Of a stretch of DNA of 64,000 bases, positions 49,601-59,345 are shown piece after piece. Each line of letters starts with the position of its first letter. Within the stretch, counting starts at the first letter, position 1. The DNA comes from a virus. Made by a program: the position numbers and the translations under genes. The DNA lies in the IMG/VR virus record IMGVR_UViG_3300030102_003270, positions 1-64,000 of that record. One strand, written 5' to 3'. The notes under the pieces are model-generated. The model made no database searches, had not been told where the DNA came from, and saw only the letters and a program-made list of their open reading frames with translations.

Positions 49601-52600
49601 ACTAGACCATATCACTGTCACACAAGCAGTTGATTTAGATACGATGGAAAGTAATATAGCAACTAACAATGCTAAAAACACAAACGTTTCAACGAACCTA
49701 TCAGTAAGTAGAGATGGAACTAAATTACACGTTGTATCTTCTGACGGTACTAATGCAGAACTTCCATTGGCAGACACTAACAATTGGGGTGTTATGTCTG
49801 ATGAGATGTTCGATAAATTAGATGGTATTGAAACAAACGCAACTGCTGACCAAACAGGAGCAGAAATAAAGACAGCACTTTTCAATGAATCTGACACTAA
49901 TAATCTTACAAATGCCCTATTGAGTAAACTCAATGCTATTGAAGCATCAGCAGATGTCACTGATGCAGATAATGTAGCAGATGCCGGAGCAATAATGGAT
50001 GGAGACTTCACCAGTAATGGATTCATGAAAAGAACAGGTGCAGGTCAATATAGCGTAGATACAAACACCTACCTAACTGCACATCCAACAATTAGCGGTG
50101 CTGCGAGTAGTAGTGACAATTCTGGGAGAACGTATATCCAAGACATAACTCTAGATTCTAATGGTCACGTTATTGGTATCGCCACTGCTACTGAAACTGT
50201 CACTAACACTGATTCAGATGTATCTGTTCTATCTTTGAAAACAAGATTGAATTCTGACTTCAATGGAGACATAACCATAGGAAATCAGACTGATGATACT
50301 GTAATTATCACAGGCGATTTATCAGTTGGAGGAGATTTCAATATCACAGGAGACATAAACACAGTAAACGTTACTGACTTGGATGTGGTTGATAAAACAA
50401 TTACAGTAGCAAGTGGAGCAACAACATTGTCTAATACTGATGGTGCTGGAATACAATTTGGTGCAAATGCCAGTGCGCCTACATTCAAATGGGATAACAG
50501 CAATTCTAGACTTGCATCCAGCAGACCAATATCCGCTAGTAGTTTTATTGGTGACTTAACTGGAAATGTCACAGGAAACGCTTCGGGTCTTTCTTCGACT
50601 TTAGCGATATCTAGCGGAGGAACAGGAGTCACAAACAGCAATACTTGGTTGAATAGTAGAATCACCACAAATGCTGATGGTTCGCTTAACTATGATGCTA
50701 CTACTGCCACAGCAGTAAATCACGATAGCCTAGCAGGTTTCGTAGCGGCAGAACATTATAGATGGGATAATGACATAAGCAGCACTGCACAAATCAATGC
50801 TGCTAATATTCCTACATTGAATCAAGATACAACAGGAACAGCAGCAGGTCTTTCTGCAACCTTAGCAGTTTCTAGTGGTGGAACAGGGTCTACGACTGCT
50901 CCTATGGTTGGAGTGATTACTGCTGCTAATGCTGGTGCTGCAAGAACAGTATTAGGATTAGGAACAGCAGCAACACTGTCTGGCACAGGTAATATCCTAA
51001 ATGGCAACACAGGACTAGTAACTGGTGATACGGTATTTGATTACTTTAGAGCAACCACATTAACAGTGGGGCAGACAATAGAAGCAGCAGGGACAAATAA
51101 ACTTCAACTAAAAGCAGGTTCAAGTTATATTGACATTCTAGACGGTGGTGGAAACAATCACATCAATGTCGTTCCTGCTAGTGGCCGTTTGAATATATTC
51201 GGAGAAACAATTGCTATTGGTGAGGCAGATTCAACAATAACAACCGGAGGAGCGTATGACTTGACTCTAGATACAAACGGAGGAACAAACTCCGGTTCGA
51301 TAAAGATACTAGATGGTGCAAATGGAAACATAGAGTTGGATAACAATGGTTCGGGACAAGTGGTATTCAAGGGTAATTCAACGAAGGGTTCCGGTCAATT
51401 TGTATTGAACTGTGAACAAAACTCACATGGTATAACAATCAAAGGTCCACCACATTCCGCAGGAGCGTCATACACACTGACATTACCAAATAATGATGGC
51501 AACTCTAACCAAGTCCTAAAGACAGATGGTTCTGGTAATCTCAGTTGGGTTGACCAAAGTAGTGGTGGTATCTCCGATGTGTCTTCTGACACAACACCAC
51601 AATTAGGTGGTGATTTAGATGTTAATGGAAATAAGATTACATCGGCCTCAAATGCTGATATCACAATAGAACCAAATGGAACAGGTGACATTAATCTCTA
51701 CGCTGATACAGTAATTGCTGGAGATGCTTCTACTGACTTCAAGATACAGCACAGGACAAAAACAAATTCGCATATGACATTCTTGAATAACGGTAACAAT
51801 CAATTTACTGCTGATGCAAATATATTTCTCAATGCAGATGAAGCGGGTAATGGTAACAGTCTAATTAGGTTGAATGCCCTTAAAACCACACTTGGAAAGT
51901 CCAATTTCGATGCTACTCTAACTACACAAGGAACAGGCGACTTAACTCTAAGCACAAATGGAGGAACAAATTCTGGAACAATACAAATCAGTGATGGTGC
52001 TAATGGAGACATTACAATCACACCAAACGGAACAGGTCAAGTAAATATGGGTAATTACCAATTTAAGGTAGACCAAACATTAGGTTCTGGACAAGATAAC
52101 TATGTTCTAACTTATGATGATAGTGAGGGAACTATTAGTTTTGAGGCCAATGGTGGTGGTGGCGGTGGTGGTGCTGTTTCGGCAGTAGCCAACGGTGCTA
52201 ACAATCGTATTGCTACGTTTAGTAGCACAGATGCTTTGAATGGTGAGGCTAATCTCACATTCGATGGAAGCACTCTATCAGTAAATGATGCGGGTATAGA
52301 CATAAGGGAACAATATGGAAGATTAAATTTCAAGAGGGATGCATCTACTAATTTTGCGAATAACTACGCTATCTACTTCTATAACAATCAGAATTCAATT
52401 AGAGGTGGAATACAATTCAATGTATCTGGCGATAGATTAGGATTTGCTAGTGGTGGTGGAGGTGGCGGTAATTACCAACTATACATCCAAGATGGTGTTA
52501 TTTATCCTCCTGTTGATGATGACGTAGATTTAGGAAAATCAACTAACAAGTTCAAGGATTCCTTCTTCGGCCTAGTTGATGCTGAGAACTTCAAGATAAA

Positions 52601-53489
52601 TGGTGGACAAGGTTCTGATGGTCAAGTGCTAACATCAACAGGTAGTGGTGTTGCTTGGGAAAATCCAAGTGGAGGAGGTGGTAGTGCATCACCTTCTGGT
52701 AGTGATGGTCAAATACAGTATAACAACAATGGAAGTTTTGGTGGAGATGCAGACTTTGTTTGGGATGATACCAATAATAGATTGGTCATAGGCTCAGTCA
52801 CATCACAACATGACAGTCTAAAGCAATTGACCGTCAAGGGACCAGATGCGGGAATGCTCATAGAGAAACATGATAATAGTTCAAGTGGTGGACCTACTAT
52901 CGCACTTTACAGGTATTCTGCATCAGAAGCCGATGGTGACTTGATTGGGCAGGTGACTTTTAGAGGTGAAGGCTCAACAGGAAACCCATCAACATACATG
53001 ATGATAAGAGCAGAAATAGAAGATACAACTGAAGGAACAAAAGATGGTTCATTGATTATTAGAGGATTGGTCAACAACTCACAAACAGACTTTGTTGAAA
53101 TAAACTCAGCAGGGCATACTCTAAATCAAGGGTCATACAACGTAGGCAATGCATCTACTGATGCTAATACAGTATCGGGGTCTAGTCTTGGTAATGGTAG
53201 TTCTGTGACATTATTTACTGTTCCAGCCACTACTAGAGGTTTTAGAGCAACTATATACGTCAAAGACACAAGTAATACTGAATATCAGATTGAAGAGATA
53301 ATAGGATATAACACAGGTTCGGGAGTTGATTTTTCATCATTCGGTCAAGTATACAGTGGTTCTGCACCTATTGGTTCTTTGAATGCAACAAACAGTAGTG
53401 GCACAACATTAATACAATTCACAAATGGACAGGGTAGTGCAATTAACTATCAAGCCAGCATTAGTGTGACACATATGGATTTAAGTTGA
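46683..53489 (+). CDS. Long tail fibre / adhesin
   Basis: 2268 aa, Gly/Thr/Ser/Asn-rich; fibre repeats DVGLGNVDN, KLDGIE, LAxSSGGTG and GQVLTS.G.GV.W. Confidence 0.85.
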   Translation: MTEFSGFISTLKIAPSTSDHLEDAIDNIHSGIIKALNVADAGSFIAHGFMVTSNINGTFNISEGGYFDKGEYKTLGAQTNADPGNAFTGATDYDWYGFIVINSSGAIAFRGDSSLGNSAAKTADLNDGDIPICVVQIGKGTTNTNLSAARKIQYFGIKKTSNVLTAGEENSGDFRKLFEVKTDGDIYSYNASNAFHTKLAFTNASGSNKTVTVPSITGTLITTGDSQTVSTSMIEDGAVTLAKTSGLQGSLTFGIANTNAVKVDGTITNGDFARFTGTGLEGRSISEVKTQLALDKGDVGLGNVDNKSSSTLQTEILNAATASDVGLGNVTNESKATMFTSPTFTGTISIPNISNLETAVAANTAKTVRTDSEINALAQALIDDLIAGAPTALNTLNELAVAIQSNDSDITGITTALGNRLRIDINNQNLNATQLTNVKTNLSLSKADVGLGNVDNDSTATIRAGTTKANVGLSNVLNQAQITTFVSDNAPTATAIGDLWIDSNDNNKMYRASATGSSDWVAVTLGKGALGLVKADVGLGNVDNITTAQMRAGVTHSDVGTTKSDIGLGNVENKSSATIRGEIEVSNIPDLPTSKITTGTFADGLISKSSVIAHSPSATKGDIGDLGSDIDISNDFMYVFDSSANNNIKGTTIDEILGKITSSQLVGTGKVFSTLPASGAEVNVQADFNETDNTSDAFIQNKPTIPSGNQIIDWTQDQGSTNINAGNYINTNQLTTFDIGVDTDNNPTTIAHGETLTFTGGTGISTTTTADGTITITNDNPDQTVSLTGSGATSVSGTYPNFTISSTDNNTFRTVSVDTNGDGSANETLGTSETLTIKKGSNITLAEASGVVTITNAAPHIATNLGSSTATNQITITSSTGNNVVVGEATSSIAGLMSTTHHDKLDGIEASADVTDTDNVTNAGALMDSEVTNLAQVKAFDSSDYATAAQGAKADSAQQPPSEGAFANGDKTKLDHITVTQAVDLDTMESNIATNNAKNTNVSTNLSVSRDGTKLHVVSSDGTNAELPLADTNNWGVMSDEMFDKLDGIETNATADQTGAEIKTALFNESDTNNLTNALLSKLNAIEASADVTDADNVADAGAIMDGDFTSNGFMKRTGAGQYSVDTNTYLTAHPTISGAASSSDNSGRTYIQDITLDSNGHVIGIATATETVTNTDSDVSVLSLKTRLNSDFNGDITIGNQTDDTVIITGDLSVGGDFNITGDINTVNVTDLDVVDKTITVASGATTLSNTDGAGIQFGANASAPTFKWDNSNSRLASSRPISASSFIGDLTGNVTGNASGLSSTLAISSGGTGVTNSNTWLNSRITTNADGSLNYDATTATAVNHDSLAGFVAAEHYRWDNDISSTAQINAANIPTLNQDTTGTAAGLSATLAVSSGGTGSTTAPMVGVITAANAGAARTVLGLGTAATLSGTGNILNGNTGLVTGDTVFDYFRATTLTVGQTIEAAGTNKLQLKAGSSYIDILDGGGNNHINVVPASGRLNIFGETIAIGEADSTITTGGAYDLTLDTNGGTNSGSIKILDGANGNIELDNNGSGQVVFKGNSTKGSGQFVLNCEQNSHGITIKGPPHSAGASYTLTLPNNDGNSNQVLKTDGSGNLSWVDQSSGGISDVSSDTTPQLGGDLDVNGNKITSASNADITIEPNGTGDINLYADTVIAGDASTDFKIQHRTKTNSHMTFLNNGNNQFTADANIFLNADEAGNGNSLIRLNALKTTLGKSNFDATLTTQGTGDLTLSTNGGTNSGTIQISDGANGDITITPNGTGQVNMGNYQFKVDQTLGSGQDNYVLTYDDSEGTISFEANGGGGGGGAVSAVANGANNRIATFSSTDALNGEANLTFDGSTLSVNDAGIDIREQYGRLNFKRDASTNFANNYAIYFYNNQNSIRGGIQFNVSGDRLGFASGGGGGGNYQLYIQDGVIYPPVDDDVDLGKSTNKFKDSFFGLVDAENFKINGGQGSDGQVLTSTGSGVAWENPSGGGGSASPSGSDGQIQYNNNGSFGGDADFVWDDTNNRLVIGSVTSQHDSLKQLTVKGPDAGMLIEKHDNSSSGGPTIALYRYSASEADGDLIGQVTFRGEGSTGNPSTYMMIRAEIEDTTEGTKDGSLIIRGLVNNSQTDFVEINSAGHTLNQGSYNVGNASTDANTVSGSSLGNGSSVTLFTVPATTRGFRATIYVKDTSNTEYQIEEIIGYNTGSGVDFSSFGQVYSGSAPIGSLNATNSSGTTLIQFTNGQGSAINYQASISVTHMDLS
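47568..48410 (+). repeat. Six K/S-x-D/N-V/I-G-L-G/S-N-V-x-N fibre repeats (coordinates approximate)
   Basis: KGDVGLGNVDN, ASDVGLGNVTN, KADVGLGNVDN, KANVGLSNVLN, KADVGLGNVDN, KSDIGLGNVEN. Confidence 0.8.
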
Positions 53490-53498
53490 GGTGATTGA

Positions 53499-54218
53499 AT
53501 GGGAAGACAGCCATTTAGATTAGTGCAAGCAGATGGAACGGTTAAGTCGGCAGCAGATGTAGGTGCTGGTGGAGGTGGTGGTAGTTATGCAAATCCACCT
53601 CTCAAGACTGATGGTTTCTATTGGTATGGAAGTCAATTAAAAGACATTAGGACTACCTCTCTACCGCCATATGGAAGTAAACTGGCTAGTATTTTTACAA
53701 TGAATACAAGTTCACAATGGGATAAGACCATGTTCTTTCCATTCGTTGCACCAAAAACAGGAAACGTATCAAGAGTTATGGCTTATCTCCAATCTGGAAA
53801 CTCTGGATTAAGTCTTCTTGTAGGGTTATATAGTGACAGTAATGGCTATCCGTCTAACTTACTTTACAAATTTGAGTTGGATGCCCAAAGTGGTGGAAAT
53901 AAAACTGCTACATCTTTTGAAGATGCAAGTGGTAATGCTGCGACCTTTGCATTGACAGCAAACACTCAATATCATTGGGGATTCGTTAGAGATACTGCTA
54001 CCACACAATTACAAATTTATGGCCTAGATGCTAGATACACTGCAAATTCGGGTTTGAACCTAAATATGGCTGATGGATATGCAGGTGCAGGTGATTTGAT
54101 TGTCCAAGTCGGTGGTGACAGTAACACATTAGCCTCATCTTATGATGGTGGTTATGAAGACTTTAGCATATTCAATGCAAGCGTGAAGAATCCTAATTTT
54201 GGAATAAGGTATACATGA
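53499..54218 (+). CDS. Putative fibre-associated / receptor-binding protein
   Basis: Follows the fibre; Gly linker then a beta-sandwich-like region (VGLYSD.NG.P..LL). Confidence 0.55.
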   Translation: MGRQPFRLVQADGTVKSAADVGAGGGGGSYANPPLKTDGFYWYGSQLKDIRTTSLPPYGSKLASIFTMNTSSQWDKTMFFPFVAPKTGNVSRVMAYLQSGNSGLSLLVGLYSDSNGYPSNLLYKFELDAQSGGNKTATSFEDASGNAATFALTANTQYHWGFVRDTATTQLQIYGLDARYTANSGLNLNMADGYAGAGDLIVQVGGDSNTLASSYDGGYEDFSIFNASVKNPNFGIRYT

Positions 54219-54227
54219 GGAATTGTT

Positions 54228-54512
54228 ATGACTATTGATTTGAGAACATACACTACCATTAAAGAAAATGGAGAAAGGGAAACCACTATTGAAGAGGCAA
54301 CTTGGGATTTAGTGAGAGGTGCTAGACTAAATTACTTGCAAATGACTGATACTTTGATGGGTAATCAATGGGATAGACTGACAGAAACTCAACAAGAGGA
54401 GTTAAAAACACTAAGACAACATTGGAGAGATATCCCCTCACTATACGATTCACCTAATGAGGCATGTGACAACCTACAAAATATGCCTCTATGGTTAACA
54501 CTTTTACTTTAA
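54228..54512 (+). CDS. Tail fibre assembly chaperone-like protein
   Basis: W..VR..R..YL..TD...LRQ.WRDIP pattern. Confidence 0.7.
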   Translation: MTIDLRTYTTIKENGERETTIEEATWDLVRGARLNYLQMTDTLMGNQWDRLTETQQEELKTLRQHWRDIPSLYDSPNEACDNLQNMPLWLTLLL

Positions 54513-54526
54513 AGGAATGATACAGA

Positions 54527-54817
54527 ATGGCACTTAGAATAACATATGAAACAGACCACGGAATAAACTGCACTGAAGCGCATTGCGTTATAAGCAGAAC
54601 AAAATGCATTAAAAGCGGAACAAGATTTATATTGACATATAATGGAGAAATATATTACAATGAACAATCTTACTCAGAAGGAAAGAATCCTATTTCTGGA
54701 TTTGAGATGGAATATGACTTAAATTCCACTGATGATAATAATTACTATAATGTTATAAAAGAGTGTTATGAACACCTAAAAACTATTTCAGGCTTTGATA
54801 ATGGTATTGATTGCTAA
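54527..54817 (+). CDS. Small fibre-associated hypothetical protein
   Basis: Last + strand gene; MAL...YEHLKT...F..GIDC, a pattern often seen after fibre genes. Confidence 0.6.
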   Translation: MALRITYETDHGINCTEAHCVISRTKCIKSGTRFILTYNGEIYYNEQSYSEGKNPISGFEMEYDLNSTDDNNYYNVIKECYEHLKTISGFDNGIDC

Positions 54818-54935
54818 ATCAAAGATAAATATTTCATGTTAATTAGCATGAGAGGCATATCCCCGCCGTATATGAACTTCCAAATGGCTTGGCATAAAAA
54901 ATTGAACTTTTATCCCAAAATAAGAACGTAATTTC

Positions 54936-55124
54936 TTAATTTTGGATTTTGCCAAATTTTTTGAGGTTGGCCCCCACAGCAGGTAAGACCTTTTCGGACC
55001 ATAGAAAGAAACACTCTCTACACTCCCAAATCTTCACCCTTTGTGGGGAACCAACATAAAAACCTAGAATTCTTCTAGGTATCGTATCTAGTCCACAATC
55101 GGGACACTTCTCTCTAAGAGCCAC
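54936..55124 (-). CDS. Zn-ribbon protein
   Basis: CPDC...WECREC..LW; probable GTG start at 55124. Confidence 0.7.
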   Translation of the reverse strand: MALREKCPDCGLDTIPRRILGFYVGSPQRVKIWECRECFFLWSEKVLPAVGANLKKFGKIQN

Positions 55125-55284
55125 GATTATTTCCGCCCCAATCCTGTTGTTCTTCACTCATCAGATTATCCATGTATTCTTCGATTGTTTGATTAGAAAC
55201 TCTATCTCCACTAAACGCTGCAAAGAATAACAGACATACTGCTATCAGAAACAATGCCCATAATATCCATTCTATTGTTGTCAC
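55114..55284 (-). CDS. 56-aa single-TM protein absent from the ORF track
   Basis: Manual translation MTTIEWILWALFLIAVCLLFFAAFSGDRVSNQTIEEYMDNLMSEEQQDWGGNNRGS*; GAGGTGA RBS. Confidence 0.7.
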   Translation of the reverse strand: MTTIEWILWALFLIAVCLLFFAAFSGDRVSNQTIEEYMDNLMSEEQQDWGGNNRGS

Positions 55285-55886
55285 CAGTTCACCTCTATTT
55301 CTCTTGTTTTTTCTTCGTTCATATCGAAGCCTTTTACAACTCCGTTGTCAATACCATACTTCCACAGGTCATAGACTAATTCACAATCCTTCAAACAGTA
55401 TTCTGCTACTTCTGAGTAGCCCCCTGCTTTCCAGACTTTAGGCGCATCTTCACTATGCATTATTTTTCCATCTCCCAAAGTATGTGTGACTAAGTTATCT
55501 AGGGTATATCTTTCACCCATTACACTGCTCACCTCACGACTAGTATCAATGTAGGCTTTCTTGTTCATATACTTCTGAATGCAAAAGATATCCAAAGAAT
55601 CCCTAAGCACAGGCAAGTCAAACCCTGCTATGTTATGTCCTAGAAGTAGTCCTCCTTTCTGTAAATGCTCGTCTAAATCAAACTTCAATTGGGATATAGG
55701 CTTGACTTCAACATTAGACTTCTTCAGTTCGTCCACTGCTTTGTCTATGTATATTGTTCCTTTGTCACCATCCCAAGTGCATACAGTAGACACTTGAAAC
55801 ATATGGGTATTACCCCAACCCCCTATATCATAGGAGTAGTTCTTAGTCTCCAAATCTATTGCTAATACCTCAGACATGTGAATCAC
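55281..55886 (-). CDS. DEDD 3'-5' exonuclease (RNase H-like fold)
   Basis: IDLET, GHNIAGFD and YCLKD motifs. Confidence 0.85.
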   Translation of the reverse strand: MIHMSEVLAIDLETKNYSYDIGGWGNTHMFQVSTVCTWDGDKGTIYIDKAVDELKKSNVEVKPISQLKFDLDEHLQKGGLLLGHNIAGFDLPVLRDSLDIFCIQKYMNKKAYIDTSREVSSVMGERYTLDNLVTHTLGDGKIMHSEDAPKVWKAGGYSEVAEYCLKDCELVYDLWKYGIDNGVVKGFDMNEEKTREIEVNW

Positions 55887-55984
55887 TCTACGAATCCATC
55901 ACCGCCGCCTCTAAACAAGAACGACCAAGGACTTACGCCCCACATACGCATGATTTGTCTATCTTCCTTTTTCCACCATTTCAT
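55883..55984 (-). CDS. Possible 33-aa micro-ORF
   Basis: MKWWKKEDRQIMRMWGVSPWSFLFRGGGDGFVE*; ATGA overlap; fills the gap. Confidence 0.5.
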   Translation of the reverse strand: MKWWKKEDRQIMRMWGVSPWSFLFRGGGDGFVE

Positions 55985-56214
55985 TCGCCACCACCCCAAA
56001 GTCTAGCGATATTTGCTTTCTTATCGTCTTCTGGGTTTGGCATCTTAATGTCCTTTGCTCTCTTTAGGAAGGCAATCATATGGTCGCCCCCACCAACAGA
56101 TATGATTGAACATAGTTCCCAACCCTGTTCTCCCTCAGTATTTAGGTTATCTATTACATTCTTAGGGCCGTTAGCCGCATCGAAAACCATGTATTTATTC
56201 TCCCACTTCACCAT
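55981..56214 (-). CDS. DUF4177-like small protein
   Basis: KWE.KY...LN..G.QGWEL.S.....FLKR pattern. Confidence 0.7.
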   Translation of the reverse strand: MVKWENKYMVFDAANGPKNVIDNLNTEGEQGWELCSIISVGGGDHMIAFLKRAKDIKMPNPEDDKKANIARLWGGGE

Positions 56215-57676
56215 CTTTCTTGTCCTCCAATAATCTTACATAAACTACTCTATTTATTTTGTCTTCTTCAAAGTATTCTTCAATCTTTGCCCACCATTTG
56301 TAAAGTGTGGATTGACCTTTCTTTGTCTTTTCTCTAACCTTTTGGAACAAAACGTTCTTGTTAACCCATCCGTCCTTAGATTGCAACTCTCTATAAACTG
56401 TTTTAAACGCACTAATATTGGCTCTTTCTTGCAGACCCTTCTTCTCTTCACGTAGGCTTTCATCTAGCCAAGATACGAGGGACTTATAGCACTTCCTAAT
56501 TAGAGAGGATGCTTGTAGCACGTTTTTTTGAGTGACAATGAACCTTTTATCTTTATCAGATATACTTGGTGCTTCTGCCACTGCACACAATATTGCCATC
56601 TTTTGAATGTGCTTTAGCATTCTATTGATGAAAGTCTCTACTGACTGAAACACTTCTATTCTACTACTTTCGATATATTTCTCCATTAGTTCACATTCTC
56701 TCTCTAAAGCATCATTAGCATTCTTACTAAACCTCATTACCTTTAGTGGGTCTTGGCCCACATCATCGAACCTATCTTTCAAGGTATCATATAGAGTCAA
56801 GAAGTTTTTAGCGTAAGTTGTCTTAGGCAATGTTCTGTTTCCAACGATACCCCAATCTTTGATTAGTTGTCTTCGCATCTGCTTCTGTTGATGTTGAGGA
56901 ACTTCATAGATGAATATCAGAATCCTTTGAAGAACCCCCTTCTCAGTAATAACAGTGGTCAACTCCTTTGGAATGTAAGTAGTAGCATACACTGACCTTC
57001 TACACTTGCAGATAATAGGGTCTTCTCCTTGTTTCAATTTCTTGCTTATAATCCAAGTCTCTCCCCATAGAGTATTCATGAATGTATTGAGATACACGAT
57101 TGCCTGTTCTTTGTGCTGGCTTTGCTTGAATATACCCGAATACTCAAACTCATCCCACATAGCCATTCCTTCTCCTTCCAATTGACCGGGAACTTGAACA
57201 TCAACCTCAACCCTTCTCATCTGTCCATTATCATCTTCAACCTCTTCTCTTCTCTTCTCATAAGAACCAATCAATGCTGCATCAGTATAGTCGGTTATGT
57301 CAAAGATGTCAAAATGGGTATCATGCTTGGCATTGATTGTATCGAAGGTCAACCTCAATACAGGTAGGAACCAGTTGGTCAAAGTTGACTTTCCTGTTCC
57401 CGATGTCTGCATCCAAAGAAACTGAATACGTGTATCGTCCACATTCAGATTACTAGGAATGGCAATCATGTCTTTACATAATTGACCCAATACTGAGAAG
57501 AAGGCCAATGCCGCAGGAACGTCATTGTAATTTGATGCCAATACAGCATCAGCAGTCCACTTCTCTACAATCTTTGGCAACGTCAACTTATTGCTTTCTG
57601 CTGCCACATTATCATCTACGAAACTGTAATACAGTTCGTCTTCATACTCATTTCTATTAGTTTCTGTCCAATTCAT
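56195..57676 (-). CDS. MCM-like AAA+ ATPase (putative replicative helicase)
   Basis: Walker A SGTGKS, TDAALIG, Walker B MWDEFE, GVLQR Arg finger, C-terminal wHTH-like region. Confidence 0.7.
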   Translation of the reverse strand: MNWTETNRNEYEDELYYSFVDDNVAAESNKLTLPKIVEKWTADAVLASNYNDVPAALAFFSVLGQLCKDMIAIPSNLNVDDTRIQFLWMQTSGTGKSTLTNWFLPVLRLTFDTINAKHDTHFDIFDITDYTDAALIGSYEKRREEVEDDNGQMRRVEVDVQVPGQLEGEGMAMWDEFEYSGIFKQSQHKEQAIVYLNTFMNTLWGETWIISKKLKQGEDPIICKCRRSVYATTYIPKELTTVITEKGVLQRILIFIYEVPQHQQKQMRRQLIKDWGIVGNRTLPKTTYAKNFLTLYDTLKDRFDDVGQDPLKVMRFSKNANDALERECELMEKYIESSRIEVFQSVETFINRMLKHIQKMAILCAVAEAPSISDKDKRFIVTQKNVLQASSLIRKCYKSLVSWLDESLREEKKGLQERANISAFKTVYRELQSKDGWVNKNVLFQKVREKTKKGQSTLYKWWAKIEEYFEEDKINRVVYVRLLEDKKDGEVGE

Positions 57677-58353
57677 ACTACCACTTTATCTTCACTATTT
57701 AGTGTGTCTATTATTCTCTTTGCTATCGTTGGCCCTATGCCATCAATAGAAGATAATTCATTTACATTCGATTCCCCTACTTCCATAACGGAACCATATC
57801 TATCTATTATTTTCTTTGCCTTAGACTTGCTAACGCCCTTGATTGTGCATAGCATATCTAATCTTAAATCATCTGTTGTGATTCTCTTCAACAATGTTGG
57901 TTGAATCACACTTCTCTTTACTGGTCGCATCTTGCATATCGTTGTAACTATCTTCGCTGCCTTTTGTGCGCTCTCTACCCAAAAAACCTTACAATCAGTA
58001 TCTAATGTAAGTCTACCAATAGCACCGTAGAACTTGTGTGTTAGTAGTTTTGGGTTTATATCTAGGTTGACATACTTCGGATATGCCATGACTTGATGTA
58101 GAGAACCATGTATTATCACTATACTATATTCGTAGTGCCTATCCATGTTATCTACTTGGTTCCACAACCTTCCATTCAACACAGATTGCAGAAAATCAAT
58201 GCTTGACTTTGCCTCAAAGCAAACGTCTTGATAAACATAGTCGCCTATCTCCAACCATTTCTTCTCAGTAGGTAAGTTTAGTTTACTGGCTTCTGATATT
58301 ATGAATTCAGATAAATCTGAAGTCTCTCTACTGTCTATTATTATCTTGTTCAT
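57673..58353 (-). CDS. ERCC4/XPF-type nuclease with HhH motifs
   Basis: IDSRE, GDY, EAKS..DF..S...GRL..Q; HhH motifs IKGVS and IDGIGP. Confidence 0.9.
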   Translation of the reverse strand: MNKIIIDSRETSDLSEFIISEASKLNLPTEKKWLEIGDYVYQDVCFEAKSSIDFLQSVLNGRLWNQVDNMDRHYEYSIVIIHGSLHQVMAYPKYVNLDINPKLLTHKFYGAIGRLTLDTDCKVFWVESAQKAAKIVTTICKMRPVKRSVIQPTLLKRITTDDLRLDMLCTIKGVSKSKAKKIIDRYGSVMEVGESNVNELSSIDGIGPTIAKRIIDTLNSEDKVVV

Positions 58354-59345
58354 TCACAATACCTCCAACACTTTCCGGGGCAATATCCCTGTGGTATCAG
58401 TTTTTCTTTACAACTAGGGGCATGATAACCACCATCAACCACGAACTTGACATGATGCCTAGTGGTCTTCTCATCCCAATCTAGCCATACCTCTTCCTTG
58501 TTGGCTATGGCCTTGAATTCATTGATTATTATCTCCATTACTTCTGACTTACGTTCATCACTTATATGACGTTCTCTACTAGTCAATATGTCTCTATACC
58601 ACTGTGTTAGATACACCCTAGCAAAATGACCGGGATTCTCAACCATAATCGCATTATTCAAACAAGGGAGTATTGGCAACTCACCCACAGGCTTTGGTGC
58701 CTTTATTTCTATATCGCTAACCTCAATGGGTTTGACGCTAGGCCATTTAACCAACTTGCTTCCGTATCTAACTTGAGGATGATTGCCTGTCATTGCCTTC
58801 TTTAAAATTAAACTCAAACCCATACCCAAGTCTTCTACTGTGATAGGAATACAGAAATACGGTCCTTCACTACTGAGATTAACTGTATTGGGTATTCTAC
58901 GAAGCCTCTTAACCTGTATTCCGCTTCTATCCAAAGAAGGAGCAAGGGGAACCAACGTGGAGAAATACGACTGAATGCATCTGATATCATCAGTCCTCTC
59001 ACCGTAAACTATCATATGAAAGCCTTTACCACTGAAATACATATTGAACAGAACATCTTGCTCCAATAGAAAATCACATACTGCAACACAATCATTGTAT
59101 GCTTTCTCCAAAGGCTCCCCATGTGCATCGAAGTCCAAGAACATTCTATCCTTGATACAAGTAGAATCAATCGCAGCATCTTCAGCATACTTGGCAAAAT
59201 CATAGACTGAGGTGTAGCAATTCATTTTCCCGTTGAAGGAATTGACCCAATCTACAAACTCACTCTTGTTGTTTATCTTTACTCTCTTCATCTGTGGAGC
59301 GTTTTTTATGTGACTTCCCGCCCACACTTCCCTCGGAAACTTCAT
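58350..59345 (-). CDS. Archaeo-eukaryotic primase: catalytic domain fused to a PriL-like Fe-S domain
   Basis: FLDFD, SGKGFH, RRIPNT; C-terminal LPCL...H..R...Y..PSC...YCPGKC. Confidence 0.85.
   Translation of the reverse strand: MKFPREVWAGSHIKNAPQMKRVKINNKSEFVDWVNSFNGKMNCYTSVYDFAKYAEDAAIDSTCIKDRMFLDFDAHGEPLEKAYNDCVAVCDFLLEQDVLFNMYFSGKGFHMIVYGERTDDIRCIQSYFSTLVPLAPSLDRSGIQVKRLRRIPNTVNLSSEGPYFCIPITVEDLGMGLSLILKKAMTGNHPQVRYGSKLVKWPSVKPIEVSDIEIKAPKPVGELPILPCLNNAIMVENPGHFARVYLTQWYRDILTSRERHISDERKSEVMEIIINEFKAIANKEEVWLDWDEKTTRHHVKFVVDGGYHAPSCKEKLIPQGYCPGKCWRYCE

Noticed and set aside
496-52333. Numerous minus-strand ORFs opposite the structural genes (e.g. 23161-23886, 34955-35704, 47360-47962)
   Set aside because: They are antisense shadows of long + strand genes, with Ser/Leu/Phe-rich composition and no motifs
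46683-54218. Diversity-generating retroelement acting on the fibre
   Set aside because: No reverse transcriptase and no near-identical TR/VR pair were seen; the fibre duplications (e.g. NGGTNSG..I.DGANG twice) are diverged protein-level repeats
55883-56214. MKWWKKED (55984) and MVKWENKY (56214) as further tag copies
   Set aside because: They have the Trp but lack the hydrophobic-hydrophobic-Lys ending, and they lie in the replication block
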